Part shown: piece after piece, positions 25,454 to 43,365 of the stretch
Layout of the letters: every line of letters starts with the position of its first letter
Numbering within the stretch: the first letter of the stretch is position 1
From: Intoshia linei
Lineage: Eukaryota > Animalia > Orthonectida
Length of the DNA: 43,699 nt
NCBI GenBank assembly: GCA_001642005.1
Contig: LWCA01000179.1
Location: 1-43,699 of the forward strand
Reading direction: 5' to 3'
The notes under the pieces: model-generated
The model's input: only the letters and a program-made list of their open reading frames with translations
Told to the model about the DNA's origin: nothing
Database searches by the model: none
Position numbers and translations under genes: made by a program

Positions 25454-25908
25454 GAAATCTAGTTTATTTCACATATTGAAACCATATAACTATTTTGAGT
25501 CAATGATATTGATACACAATAGATATATTCGGAAACTTATTATACAGTGGTTTTTGATGATGTAAAATTGACAAAACTATGTTCTCGTTAAGAATATCAA
25601 CATCAAATCATTGCCGTAAATGGGGCGGCAGAAGTTAATAATCATGATCCGTTCTCTACCGTTTTTTAACCAGAGTACCCTACCAAAATTCCATGATTCA
25701 TTATTAGTCATCATTATTATACTGTTATGTATCTAATTGTTGGAATAAAACTAAAACTGTTCATACGAATTCTAAATTTTCAATTAACTTCTCCAAAAAA
25801 CTTTATATGACGCGATTAATATGTGAGAAGGAGACGACATAGATTTTATTTTTATTCGATATTTTAGATTACATTGTATTCAGACGAAATCTAGTTTATT
25901 CCACGTAT
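25454..25908 (+). repeat. Degenerate direct repeat in the TMCO1/CCDC124 divergent intergenic region
   Basis: GAAATCTAGTTTATTTCACATAT (25454-25476) vs GAAATCTAGTTTATTCCACGTAT (25886-25908), 21/23 identical, with weaker flanking similarity. Confidence 0.6.
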
Positions 25909-25987
25909 CCACGACAACTATATAATTGTGTTTTAGATGTCATGACATTCGGGACAAATATACAGTATAATTAAATTTATTGTATTA

Positions 25988-27370
25988 ATGGCCAAATCAG
26001 AAAAGTAATATTAGTTTTATTTTAAGTATAGTTTTACGTTAATTTTTTATGAAGTATTAAAATTTATTTGTGTTAATATAGGGATACTTAAACATTTTAA
26101 AATTTAGGCGGAAAGATAAGCTTATAAAAGAACGAAAAGCTAAAGGAAGTAAAAAGGATCTTATAAACCAAGCAGTTATTTGTAACGTAGACGATTTTAC
26201 CAAAAAAAAATTGGATCGACAGGTTATTTTTGTTAATATATGTAATATCTCCAGTCTTTGCAATTAATATTGTTGATATGTATTTCAATGTTTACGTTTA
26301 CATATTTTCAACTTTTTACTTTTAATTATAAATTTGTAAAAATTAGATTATTTCTATTTCATCGTTTTATATTTTGTGTTTTTTTTAGTGGTGAATTATG
26401 AAGCCGTTACATTATGCATTTTTAATTCGTCCACACAAGAAACAGTAAGATATTAGTTATAATGATGCATTCGATATGATTTAATTTGTAAAACTCACCG
26501 CTTGCGTAAAAAATGTTATTTTTGAGAGGGTATAGTTTGCATATATTTAATATAATTAAATCATAATATTTTGTGACACCTAGAATCTCCAAACTTTTAG
26601 CACCGTGTACCCTATAGATTATATGGCCGCCATGATTTGGTCACCGTTGTTACATTAATAATTTCTTATTTTTTTCAGAAACAAAAGGAACTAAAACTCG
26701 ATGAGAAAGAAATTAAACGAATTGAAGCAAAAAGAATGTTACTAGAGGAAGAAGAAAATTTTAAACCAATCAACAAACACCAACCCAAATTTACTAGAAG
26801 TATGGTTACAAAACCTCAAGGTTTGTTTATTTTGTATTTATATTGTCATTTTCTTATTTAAAATTACGTTTAGACAAGGTTAGACCGAAAGTTAAATATA
26901 CACAAAGCGAATATTTTACAGATACGCACATAAATTACGAACACACTAACGACAAAAAAGTTGACGACATTTTAAACAGTTTATCAGAGTACTTTACATT
27001 GTTAATTGATTTAAGAATGACATTTATGGGGTTTTCCAGGAAAAATTATATTTCTATTTATATATGTAAAAGGTTGACTATTAAATTGAAATTCCTCATA
27101 AATGAAATTACATTGTTTTAATTGCTTTAAAATTTAACATTTAAATATACATTTACATTTTTTAGATTAAATTTAAGCAAATCAGTTAATGTCCAAAAAA
27201 AGCCAGTTAACTCTAAAAATGAATATGAAATTATATATTCCCAATACGAAAAAAATGAATTAATTCGAATGGGAAAAGAGCACCCCAAAATGCTTATTAA
27301 CCAACTTAAAATGGCTATACGAAAAAATTGGAATTTAATTAAAAATGATGTAATAGAAATACAATACTAA
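25988..27370 (+). CDS. CCDC124: CCDC124/Lso2-like ribosome-binding coiled-coil protein (divergent), ~197 aa, 5 exons
   Basis: Exons 25988-26004, 26108-26222, 26679-26820, 26874-26988, 27166-27370 in frame. RMLLEEEE..KFTRSMV, VDDILNSLS and YSQYEKNELIRMGKEHPKMLINQLKMAIRKNW align in order with CCDC124 RLLEEED..KVTRAQI, IEDAIAVLS and FTAFEEAQLPRLKQENPNMRLSQLKQLLKKEW. Confidence 0.65.
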
Positions 27371-27583
27371 CTGAAATAGTAAAATGGAAAATTTGTTTAT
27401 ATTAATGTAAATTTATATATGTGAAATATATATTAAATTTTATTTTATTTTGTGTATTATTAATTATATGTATCAAAACTTGATAATCAAGTTCAAATAT
27501 AATGGTTTTAAAAATTAATTAATTAGGCTCATTTAATTTGTGTTGACGACAAAAGTGAAAATTTTTATTTTATCAATAAAATA

Positions 27584-29453
27584 CTAGCTGGACTGTTATG
27601 TATTTCGTAGAAACAGCGTTCTAGCTGTACCGAGGATGACTTTTTTAATTATATAAAAGAATAAATCAAATAATAAAATCTTACTTCAATATTCACTATT
27701 ATCAATTCTATTAAAGAGTGGTTCCTAAACTTCTTTTACCATTACACGTCATGTCACATTACCTTTTAATTTACAGTGTATTAATACAACTTTTTTACAT
27801 TTACCTCTTACCCTTATTAACTTTACTTGATCAAAAAATAAAAAATAAAGCTACTACATTCTTACGCATATAAAATAAATATCCTAACTTATGTAAAATG
27901 TGACGCGATTTTTGTTTGTGTGTATGTCTGTGTGTGTGTCCTATTTTATTGAAATAACTAGCACTCTTAGAATTTTTTAAAAACCACATTTCAATTACAG
28001 TTTTTTCCGAAACGTATAATAAGATAAATTTCAACCTCCCAATTATATAAATCCCAATACCTCCCAAAACAATATATACGCTAATGCGGATTTGAAAATC
28101 ATAAACATTATCATAAATTTAAATTTGAAAAAATTATATCTTCATGGCCAAAACCCCAAATTCCCTTTCTTTTTTTTTTGAAAACAGTCCTAAAATTTCA
28201 AACAATTTACAGGTTGTACAGTTGTATCCTGTTAACACATATAAAAAATTTCAATCCGAATAAGTGACGACTTCACGGTCAAAAAAGCATTTTAGTATTC
28301 ATATATTTTTTTCTGAAATAATATTAAAACATAAAATAATTAACGGTCCGAAAATTTAAAAAAGGATTTTTCTGATAGAGCTTATTCCAGTTACAATAAA
28401 TACAAAATTTTAACCCCAGAAATCTACGCATTCTTGGTAAAAAATAATTTTTAATATATTATTAACCAATATTGCTCAAATATGTCGATTAAAACCAAAA
28501 ATTGAAAATGTAAATATTGATTCTACAATATCAAAAAAAATGTGTATTGTACGTCTACATATTTCCAATGAAGATATATGGGTGTAAATTATGGATAAAA
28601 TATGGAAGACAAATTTAACATAAAATGGTAAAAAGAATAACTACATTCAGTAGCTAACAGTTTGAATCATCTGTTCAGAGATCAATGAGTCTCAAAAATA
28701 ACATGATATCCGAAATAGGTAAGACAAAAATGTTTTTTTTAATTTTTTTTAATTAATTATCATACTGTATTCATTCTGATTTACATTTAGGCAAATTTTT
28801 AGTAGACAATCCAATTTTTTTATGAAACAAGAAAAAAGGCCAAAAGTATGGACATATTTTTAACATCAATCATTTTTATATTACAATCCTTTGGAATAAT
28901 GGTAAAATTCCACTGTAATATTTATAAAGTGAAGATTCAATTAATTATTGATACACAATTGGTATTTTTAAATATTTATTAAATTGTTACTGAATATACA
29001 TTTGTATCTCATTGTATCATATCATCTTCATATCATATGTATTATCACATTGAAGATGACAAAATAGGTTTTTATAATTTTATTTTTTATGGAATTTATG
29101 CTATTTATGACAATTTTTAGGATTGGACTGTTTTTACTTTATTTTCAATATTATACACACATTCTGTCTAATAAATTAAAAAAATTGGATAATAATTGTT
29201 TTCAAAATTCTTTACGCAAATGTTAACAAAACAAAATTAAGATGTAATAATTCACTTTAAAGTAAAAAGTAATGTGATATGACGGTTCCACCTAAAACAA
29301 ATTTGGAAACCACTCCTTTAAAAGATTGATAATAGTGAATCGTAAGATTTTTAAGTTAGATTTTCAATATGAATTTATTTTTTTGGTATAATAAAAGAGT
29401 GCCCTCGGCAGAGCTAGGTGCTGTTTGTACGTAGTACAAAACTGCCAAGCTAG
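27584..29453. mobile_element. Palindromic (foldback) MITE with ~130-bp arms, TA-flanked, carrying a central hAT insertion
   Basis: 27584-~27707 is an imperfect reverse complement of ~29324-29453 (TA-CTAGCT...AGCTAG-TA ends; TTCACTATTATCAAT / ATTGATAATAGTGAA inner ends). Confidence 0.75.
27716..29315 (+). mobile_element. 1.6-kb non-autonomous hAT element
   Basis: TIRs GAGTGGTTCCTAAA / TTTGGAAACCACTC; degenerate TSD CTATTAAA / CTTTAAAA; internal segments recur at ~33200-34150 (inverted) and 43366-43699 (direct). Confidence 0.75.
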
Positions 29454-30145
29454 TATAATATAAAATAATGTCTGTAATCACAAATTTAATTTTCAGAAAT
29501 TGAGTCCTTCAAGGTCAAAACCCAACAATCCTTTTTTAAATTAAAAAATAATAAAATTCAAACGTTTCCTAGAATTGTAAAAAATACACAATCTGATAAA
29601 GAATTTAAAATCAACAGTATTTTTAAAAAAAATATTAATTTGTGGTTTTGGCGAAGATTTAAGATTTTGATATTTATCCTAATGTCAATAATTTTAAAAT
29701 CTTTTTCAGATTATGTATGTACAAGTACGTACGTAATTATATATGTACAAGTAACGATATTGTCATAACTTAATGATGTGTATTGTCATATTAATAATTA
29801 AAAACATTTAACATTAATTTGTAATACTAATCATATAACTATATTTCAATGGATATTGATTTGATATAAAAAAATTAATTGTATATGTAATAAATTATTT
29901 TATTATAAATATTTTACATGTACAATTAAATATCTACGATGTATACTAACTAAATTATGTAATTATATCATTATAGAAAATATACTTTAATACTGTACAC
30001 TATGTAGTACCTAATATACAATAATTAACATTTATTGACCATATGAATAAATTATCTTTAATTAAAATTTACAATAAAATAACTAAAATTATTGATTCAC
30101 ACAAATAAATAATTGTTTGGATTGCAATATCGCATTATATCAAAA

Positions 30146-31045
30146 ATGCTGTACTATTCGTTTTACCTCACATTGACGGTTATAACTACGATAAATGCGA
30201 TAGGAGCAATATTGCTTTTTGTGGGTGTTTATCTTTGTAATGGTAAAAGATCACTTTTGTACTATGGTACAATCCATCTCCTGGTACTGTGTTCTGAAAT
30301 TGTTCGATTGTATCACTATTTTCACATAATATTGAATGATACGACTGACGCAGCAAGAGTCTTCTCTGGTTGTATGGTTGGACCATGTTTGCTTACTGCC
30401 GTGTTAGTACATTCCTATGGACTCTGTAAAATTATATCGAGCAAATATAGAATCAGAAGAGTTTATTCAAGTTTTGTACCTCTCATAGTTTTTGTGGCAA
30501 ATGTATTGAATATGTTTATTTTCATCATTATTTATAATTACGCTAATGTCACAACCAGTTTCAAAAACAAAATTATGGTCATGTGCGCTGTGACTCAAAT
30601 CATTATTGCTACATTGGCATCATTGCCATATTTTTTCATGTTGAAGCTTTTTAGAATTAGAATGATGACTACGACTGAAATCCTCGATAGCAAATATTTA
30701 TCCGATTCATGTAGTTATGCGTCAACTGGAACAAACAAGCTGACTAGACATGCGTCTTTGTTGGATGGCTTTAAACTAGAAATTGACAATAAAAGCAAAC
30801 TTCCTTTCTTTATCAAATCGACACTTTGCCAAGTTGCTTTTATATTTATATTCATCTTGTTTAAGATTTATATGGTTTCATTTTATGCATATTCTATTTA
30901 TACAGAAACTTGGAATCCTTACAGTCTTTATATTATGCGTATTGTTAAACATTTCTCTGAAGCAGCAATTAGTTCAAATTTGCTTTCTTATTCTTTAAAT
31001 AACATCTTTACAAAAATCAAGAAAAACAGAAAATCAAAGTTATAG
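30146..31045 (+). CDS. Intronless orphan multi-pass membrane protein, ~299 aa, probable 7TM (GPCR/chemoreceptor-like)
   Basis: First ATG at 30146 within track ORF 30113..31045; seven hydrophobic segments by eye, a long polar loop between segments 5 and 6, and a basic C-tail; no DRY or NPxxY. Confidence 0.7.
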   Translation: MLYYSFYLTLTVITTINAIGAILLFVGVYLCNGKRSLLYYGTIHLLVLCSEIVRLYHYFHIILNDTTDAARVFSGCMVGPCLLTAVLVHSYGLCKIISSKYRIRRVYSSFVPLIVFVANVLNMFIFIIIYNYANVTTSFKNKIMVMCAVTQIIIATLASLPYFFMLKLFRIRMMTTTEILDSKYLSDSCSYASTGTNKLTRHASLLDGFKLEIDNKSKLPFFIKSTLCQVAFIFIFILFKIYMVSFYAYSIYTETWNPYSLYIMRIVKHFSEAAISSNLLSYSLNNIFTKIKKNRKSKL

Positions 31046-31256
31046 AAATACTTTTATCTTACATCAAATTTTATTGTTATATAATCATTAATACATGTCA
31101 TATATATAGAATGTTTCAATAAACCTTATTTATCAAGTACTTATAATTATTATTGTTTCAAATTTTAACGTACATACCGACAAATATTCAATTTAAATAA
31201 TTGTCCTTTCTAAAATAACCACCCTTTGATGAACATTTAGTTTATTTCAAAAATTC

Positions 31257-31603
31257 TTCTAGTAGTTGAAAACTGGACAAGTCTAAACAATAATGTACCT
31301 TTTGTATTTCAATAATATATACTTAACGTTAACATATTCCTATTGGCACCAGAGTTGGCAGATTTTATTTATTTAAAATTTGAAATTGTTGAATTTTCAT
31401 GATGTACCAGGGAGATTATATGTATTTTTAAAAAAAAATAAGGATCCGATGACTAACTCTGTGAATTGCGCATCAAACTTCATTGAAGTTTAAAAAATAT
31501 AACTAAATTTTACAGTAAAATGATTTTTATTCAAACATTTTCTGGCACCACAGATTAAGAATCCATATTCTAGTAGTTGAAAACCGGACAGGTTTAAACA
31601 ATA
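31257..31603 (+). repeat. 36-bp direct repeat pair
   Basis: TTCTAGTAGTTGAAAACTGGACAAGTCTAAACAATA (31257-31292) vs TTCTAGTAGTTGAAAACCGGACAGGTTTAAACAATA (31568-31603), 33/36 identical. Confidence 0.7.
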
Positions 31604-31859
31604 GTTTTTAGTAATTGACAAGTCAAAATAAAATTAAATACGTATAATTCTAGTAAACTATTTTCTACACACTACATGTCTAATGGACATAATAGTCTTA
31701 TAATAATATATTTTCATGATAGATACATTACATGTAAGACATGATGCCAATGCATCGTGCCATGTACCAACGAAAAATTAAAAACGAATAACTTATCAAC
31801 AGTTGACTGTAAATAAACTTTTTTCAATTTCTTTAAAAATATAAAATCTAGACAAGAAT

Positions 31860-34826
31860 ATGCGAAAACAAGTAAAAAACGATGAAAAATATATGAAAAG
31901 TTTGGGTTTCGACGTAAACACAAATAGTCAAATAATTTACACGTTATATTCGTCAATAATGTGTTTTGCACCAATTAGTAAATTTTAATTATTGCACCTT
32001 TCAAATTTTAAAATTTTAGTGGTGTTTAGCAAAATATACATTGATGTATCAACATTTCAAATAATTCCATTTTGTATCCTTTCAACGGTGGCTACGTATA
32101 TCTTGATAAAGTCATACAAAAATTTTAAACATAAATTGAAACACGAGTTTTTATTCATTTTTTAATATATTTATTTAAAATTAGTATGCTGACCAATAAA
32201 TCAAATGAATTAGAGAGTTATGCTATGGAATACATTTTAAAGGGTGTCAAGGCTCAACTTTCTAAAGTTGATTTACAGGAAAGGTTTATTGATGTTTTTA
32301 AAAGGAAATTTTTTTGAAGGCACTTTGTTTTTTTTAAATTTTAAAATGTAATTCAATTTGAATGTCTTGCCGTGTTCTAATTACAAAACAAACCACGATA
32401 CAATAAACTTGTATTATTACACCACATGTCGTTAAAGTGGTCCATGTGGACCCCAGGATCCCTGAAACTATTATAGATTATGGGGTCCACGAAATTAAAA
32501 ATGTAAAAAGTTAATTTGTATTTTTTGGAATCCTAAAACCCTAAAATGACTGTCAAAGAGTATTTCCGTGGAATTAATCTTTATCAAAAAAGGATATTAC
32601 TATTTTTAATATGAACCATTATTTTACAATTTATTGTATTTCAAACCCTTACTTGTGTAAATAAAATATTGCTAAAAATGTGTAGCCAATTATTTATAGA
32701 GTTTGTTTTGTACTTTGTACAAACAGTTGATAGTTATGTGTAAAGTGCTAAAATATCACTTTTATTAATTTATAACATTTCCAATATGAAAATTGTCTCG
32801 TGGGTGTGGACTGTAAACCTTGTAAAAAAAATTAACAATACATGATTTAGCTCATTTTTAAAATTATGTTGTAATTGTGACTTGAATATCTAATAATTAA
32901 ATTCTAATGCATTGTTCGACCAAGTGGGTCACCATTATGAGAGTATCTCAAACTGTGACCCGAAATTTGGAAATTTACTTGGATAATTTTTATGATCGAT
33001 TTAATTATGTATGTGTGTAATTACAATTCAAATTAGATTATAATTTAAATTTATGTAAAATTCATTGACATACATATCCAAATTTAGTATAAAGTAATTA
33101 AATTTTACATTTCAGTATTTTCATAATTTAAATAGTAAATGAGTTTTTTCAACTTGAAGATTGAACTTTGTGACATTGATCTTTTTTAAAATTGTAGAAT
33201 TCATTTTATTTAATAATGGGTAATTTCTGGTTTCATCTGTGAAGATATAAATGTTTTAAATTGGAATTTATGATTTTAAAGTGTATATCAGAATTTATAT
33301 TTAAAAAATTATATCTAAGGATAATTGAGGTTTTTGACTTTGAAGGAGTCAATTTGTGATCAAACTTCGATGTCGAAAAACTTTTAGAAATTTGTGTTTT
33401 TAAAACTCTACACCTGATACTTTCTTAAATAAACTGGAACATACATACATTTTGGAACTAAATGACTTTATACAATTTTAAATATAAATTTGTTAGTGGA
33501 CCACTATAGAATCCGCGGGTATCAAGTTTCCCACAGCTTTTTAAATTCTTATAAAAAATTCGAACCAATTTTATTACATCAAAATTTATTTCAATTTGCC
33601 ATTTATATATTAATTTTATCAAATTAAACAATCAATGCAGATATTGAAACTTGCATTTTTGAAATCCAGTAAAACATGCATACTTTCAGATTATATTTTT
33701 GAATACAAATTTTAGAAGATATTGGTTATTAATAATAACTTATTAAAATACAGTTGTTTTTTTGACACTGAAGATGTCAATTTAAGAAATTGACCAGTGA
33801 TATGGATAAACTGGTAATAAGTGTATGTTGTATAAAAATTTAGGATTTTTTTCATTTTTAAAAAAAAGGTAATTTGGGGATTTAACCGTGAAGATGTAAG
33901 ATTTTGAAATTTTAATTTATTATAATATGGATCATTTTAAAATATTTATCAGATTTTGTATTTTTTATAATTCTACCACTCGTTTGGTCTTGAAAAAAAA
34001 GTAATAGGGGTTTTTGACTTTGAAGGAATTTCTAAAAATCGGATTAGAAAGTGGTATTTTTAAAACTACGCCTTTTACTTTTTTAAATAAACTGGAACAA
34101 ACAGACATTTTTAGCTAAAATTTCCACGCAACCGACATTTGGGAACCGCTATAATATATTAATATTTGGTTAAGCGGTTTTCAAAAATAACAAACTGTGT
34201 ACTAGGCGTTGTTAAAAATTGTCGTTTTATTATGGTAATTTAAATTTTATTCAATATCTTGAAAAAGGCTTTAAATTATATTTATTTTGATTTTTGAACG
34301 GGGAAATAATTAACGAAATTTTTTTTTACCTAATAAAATTTTTTTAAACAATAATTTCAATGTTCTAAAAATGTGTAAAAAGCGGATGATATACACTGCA
34401 ATTATGGCGATTGTTTGGCTATCCTTTATCTTGGTAATTATTTCGTTTTTGTACCCGTGGATTATACTTTTTAAAAAATAATTTTTGACCGCCAATCAAC
34501 TGAATTAACTTTACATTATGAGTTTAATTATAAAAAATTTAATCTACTTTTCATGATACTTAATTTATATTTATATATTATTCTAGACTTTTGAATTACA
34601 AAAATGCGACAGCTGAAAAGGAATCATTCAATTTTTCAATATTTTATGTCAATGCCTTATACTTTGTTGTCTTTGTATTTTTTGCGTTCTATGTTTTTTC
34701 AATGTTAACATCTCCGTAATGAATTTATACTTGTGAAAAATATGTATTATTTTTAGAATTGTGACTTTTGGACTATCTCAAATATGCTCTACGATGTTAA
34801 TTTATATTGTTACAAATAAAAGTTAA
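31860..34826 (+). CDS. SSR3: Translocon-associated protein subunit gamma (TRAP-gamma), 180 aa, 5 exons
   Basis: Exons 31860-31977, 32020-32146, 32185-32283, 34587-34715, 34757-34826 in frame. STVATYILIKSYKNFKHKLKH, LSKVDLQERLLNYKNATAEKESFNFSIFYVNALY match SSR3 [55 protein letters not shown]. Absent from the ORF track. Confidence 0.88.
32435..34150. mobile_element. Cluster of hAT MITE fragments in SSR3 intron 3
   Basis: GGTCCATGTGGACCCC subterminal motif at ~32439; two related copies at ~33200-33480 and ~33840-34150 (GGTTTTTGACTTTGAAGGA...TTAAATAAACTGGAACA), inverted relative to the 27716 element; right TIR TTTGGGAACCGCT at ~34138-34150. Confidence 0.65.
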
Positions 34827-34859
34827 CTTAAGATTTAGTTACACATAACATTTACATAT

Positions 34860-40998
<6,139 letters not shown>

Positions 40999-41259
40999 TA
41001 TGTTGAATAAATATTAACGTAAAATTAATATAAAAACTTTCTGGTATAGGTTCGAAAATAAACTATAAATTCGTCGTTTCTATGGAATTTTTTCAACACA
41101 TAATCTATCAACATGACGACAAAATGATTTACTTGAGCAAAATTCATATTGATATCGTTTCCAAGGAAAAATTTGCAAGTGTAGTGAAATTTAAAATTCT
41201 TAACGAAATTCGCATCGCACTTGGGAACAAAACAATGCAGATTAATATTTATTGGAAAT

Positions 41260-42636
41260 TTAATTTTTTTTTTCATTGGCAAAATCGATTCCCTTTTGAA
41301 TTTGCTTCTTGAGTTCTGGGATACATTTATTGAATAAATCAACTTCGTAATCATTCATATTTCCTAAGCCTAAATTTTGTTCGACGCCATTTTCCTAAAA
41401 ATATTGGATTAACTTTAAAAAAAAAGATTAATGTCAAATTTTGATAAACTATTGAATTACTCCAAGGACGAGGGGTGAAGAAAAGTAGGATAGTTCGGTT
41501 ACATTTGATGGAACATAAGCGCATTCGACTATTCCTTTTTCACCGCAGAGTGCAGAAATAACAGAATCCAAAAATCGCCATGCCGCATAGGCCATTGATA
41601 ACGTTGCGGAGCCCTAAAGATTAAACTATAAAATTATACATGAAATTGTACAGCTCCTTTCTTGGCTTCAACTATTTCTGTTCCAGCATTTTGTATTCTT
41701 TCTGTTAATCTAATCTGTTCGTTCTAAAAAAATTCAAATTCGAAATGTTTGAAAAATATAAATTACCCTTGGAAATTTCAAAGTTGGAATACTCTGAGAA
41801 ATTAATGGAATAATTGTATTTCCTGAATGACCTCCTACTACAGGACAATTAAGTTCTGTAACCTTCATTTGCTAAATGTTATATTTATAAAACTAATTAA
41901 CTACTTTAATTATGTAAATTGAAACTGACAAAAGATTTAAATATTCAATAATAACCTTGGCGTCTGCCAAAAATCGATGAGCCCTAACAACATCTAAATA
42001 AGTTACACCCATAATCCTTCTAGCGTCATATACATTGTGCTGCTTAAATACTTCACATGCAATGGGAACCATTGAGTTGACCTAAAGAAAATTGTAATTA
42101 TGTAAATTGTATAACAAAATTTACATACTGGATTGGATATAATGCAAAAAATTGCTTTCGGTGAATATTTTGCTACGGCAGTGCTCAATCCATACACAAT
42201 GTTGGCATTCGTTTTGAACAAATCATCTCTAGACATTCCTGGCTTTCTAGGTATACCAGCTGGCATAACAACTACATCGCTGTCTTTTAGAGCTTCAGCC
42301 AAATCTTCGTTTTTTTCGAAATGTCTAACGACCGCTGACGTGTTGATATGACTCAAATCTGCAGCCACTCCAGTAACATTAGCTATGTCGTACAAGGTCA
42401 ACTGACCTATTCTTTCCGATAATTTCAACAACATACTCAATGGTTGACCAATACCACCACTTGCACCCAATACTGTTACCTTTTTTTGCATCTAGATTTG
42501 AATATCAAGGACAAATAAATCAGTGTATTTTATAAGTTTATTTGGTTATACTTACTTTGTAATTATGAATACGAAGGAATCTAGACGAATTTATATTTAT
42601 ACTGTTTGTAATCAATTTGCCAACTCTGCAAAACAT
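41260..42636 (-). CDS. MDH2: Mitochondrial malate dehydrogenase, ~344 aa, 7 exons
   Basis: Exons 42636-42556 (presequence), 42491-42129, 42081-41956, 41871-41767, 41723-41652, 41613-41461, 41394-41260. [51 protein letters not shown]. Confidence 0.95.
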
Positions 42637-43365
42637 CGATGTCAATGTATGGTAATAATAAAGTTGGTAGTTTAGAGATTATAATGACTCAGAGTTGAGA
42701 GATATAAAGTTAAATTCTTCATTTAAAAACGATTATTTTAAAATTTATGTTTTCGGTGTATACAATATAGTATACTCAGTCAGAAGCCATGTCAAACTCA
42801 AATACGTGGCAAGCCGCATTAATTTGAAATTTTTTAATTAAAATTAAAACCTACATAATTTTTTTAATAAATGTATGGTCTTAGGCTATCAAAAGATTTT
42901 TTAGAAATAATCCTATATTTTGTTAATAACTTAGTCCCACACCAAAAAAATGCAAGGATGATGAATACATCATCTATTTCGTCTCAATGACTGGTCAACA
43001 ATACCAATATTATTTTTCAGTCACGTTTAGATTTTCAAAGCCATCTTAAACACAATTAAAAACGCCAAATATGTATTATATGCAGCAAAATACATATAAA
43101 CATTGATTAATGTCATAATATACATTGAAACCTCTTTATAAACAAATTATCATGTTTTTAAAAATATATCAATCCTATATAATTTGTTTATTACTAATTA
43201 CCATTTTTAACAAACAAGTTACATTTTCACATGTCAACAGTTTACGTTCTATGAAATTTTTATGACACTTATCACGCTTTTTTGATATTCCAAAAAAAAA
43301 ACTTGTTAAATTTTCAAAATCTGTTCTAACTTATATAATATGCTAAATTATGTTTTAATATATTA

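Noticed and set aside
41025-41354. Separate 109-aa and 76-aa ORFs between MDH2 and CHD
   Set aside because: They overlap the last MDH2 exon out of frame or antisense and span the spacer; no recognisable protein features.
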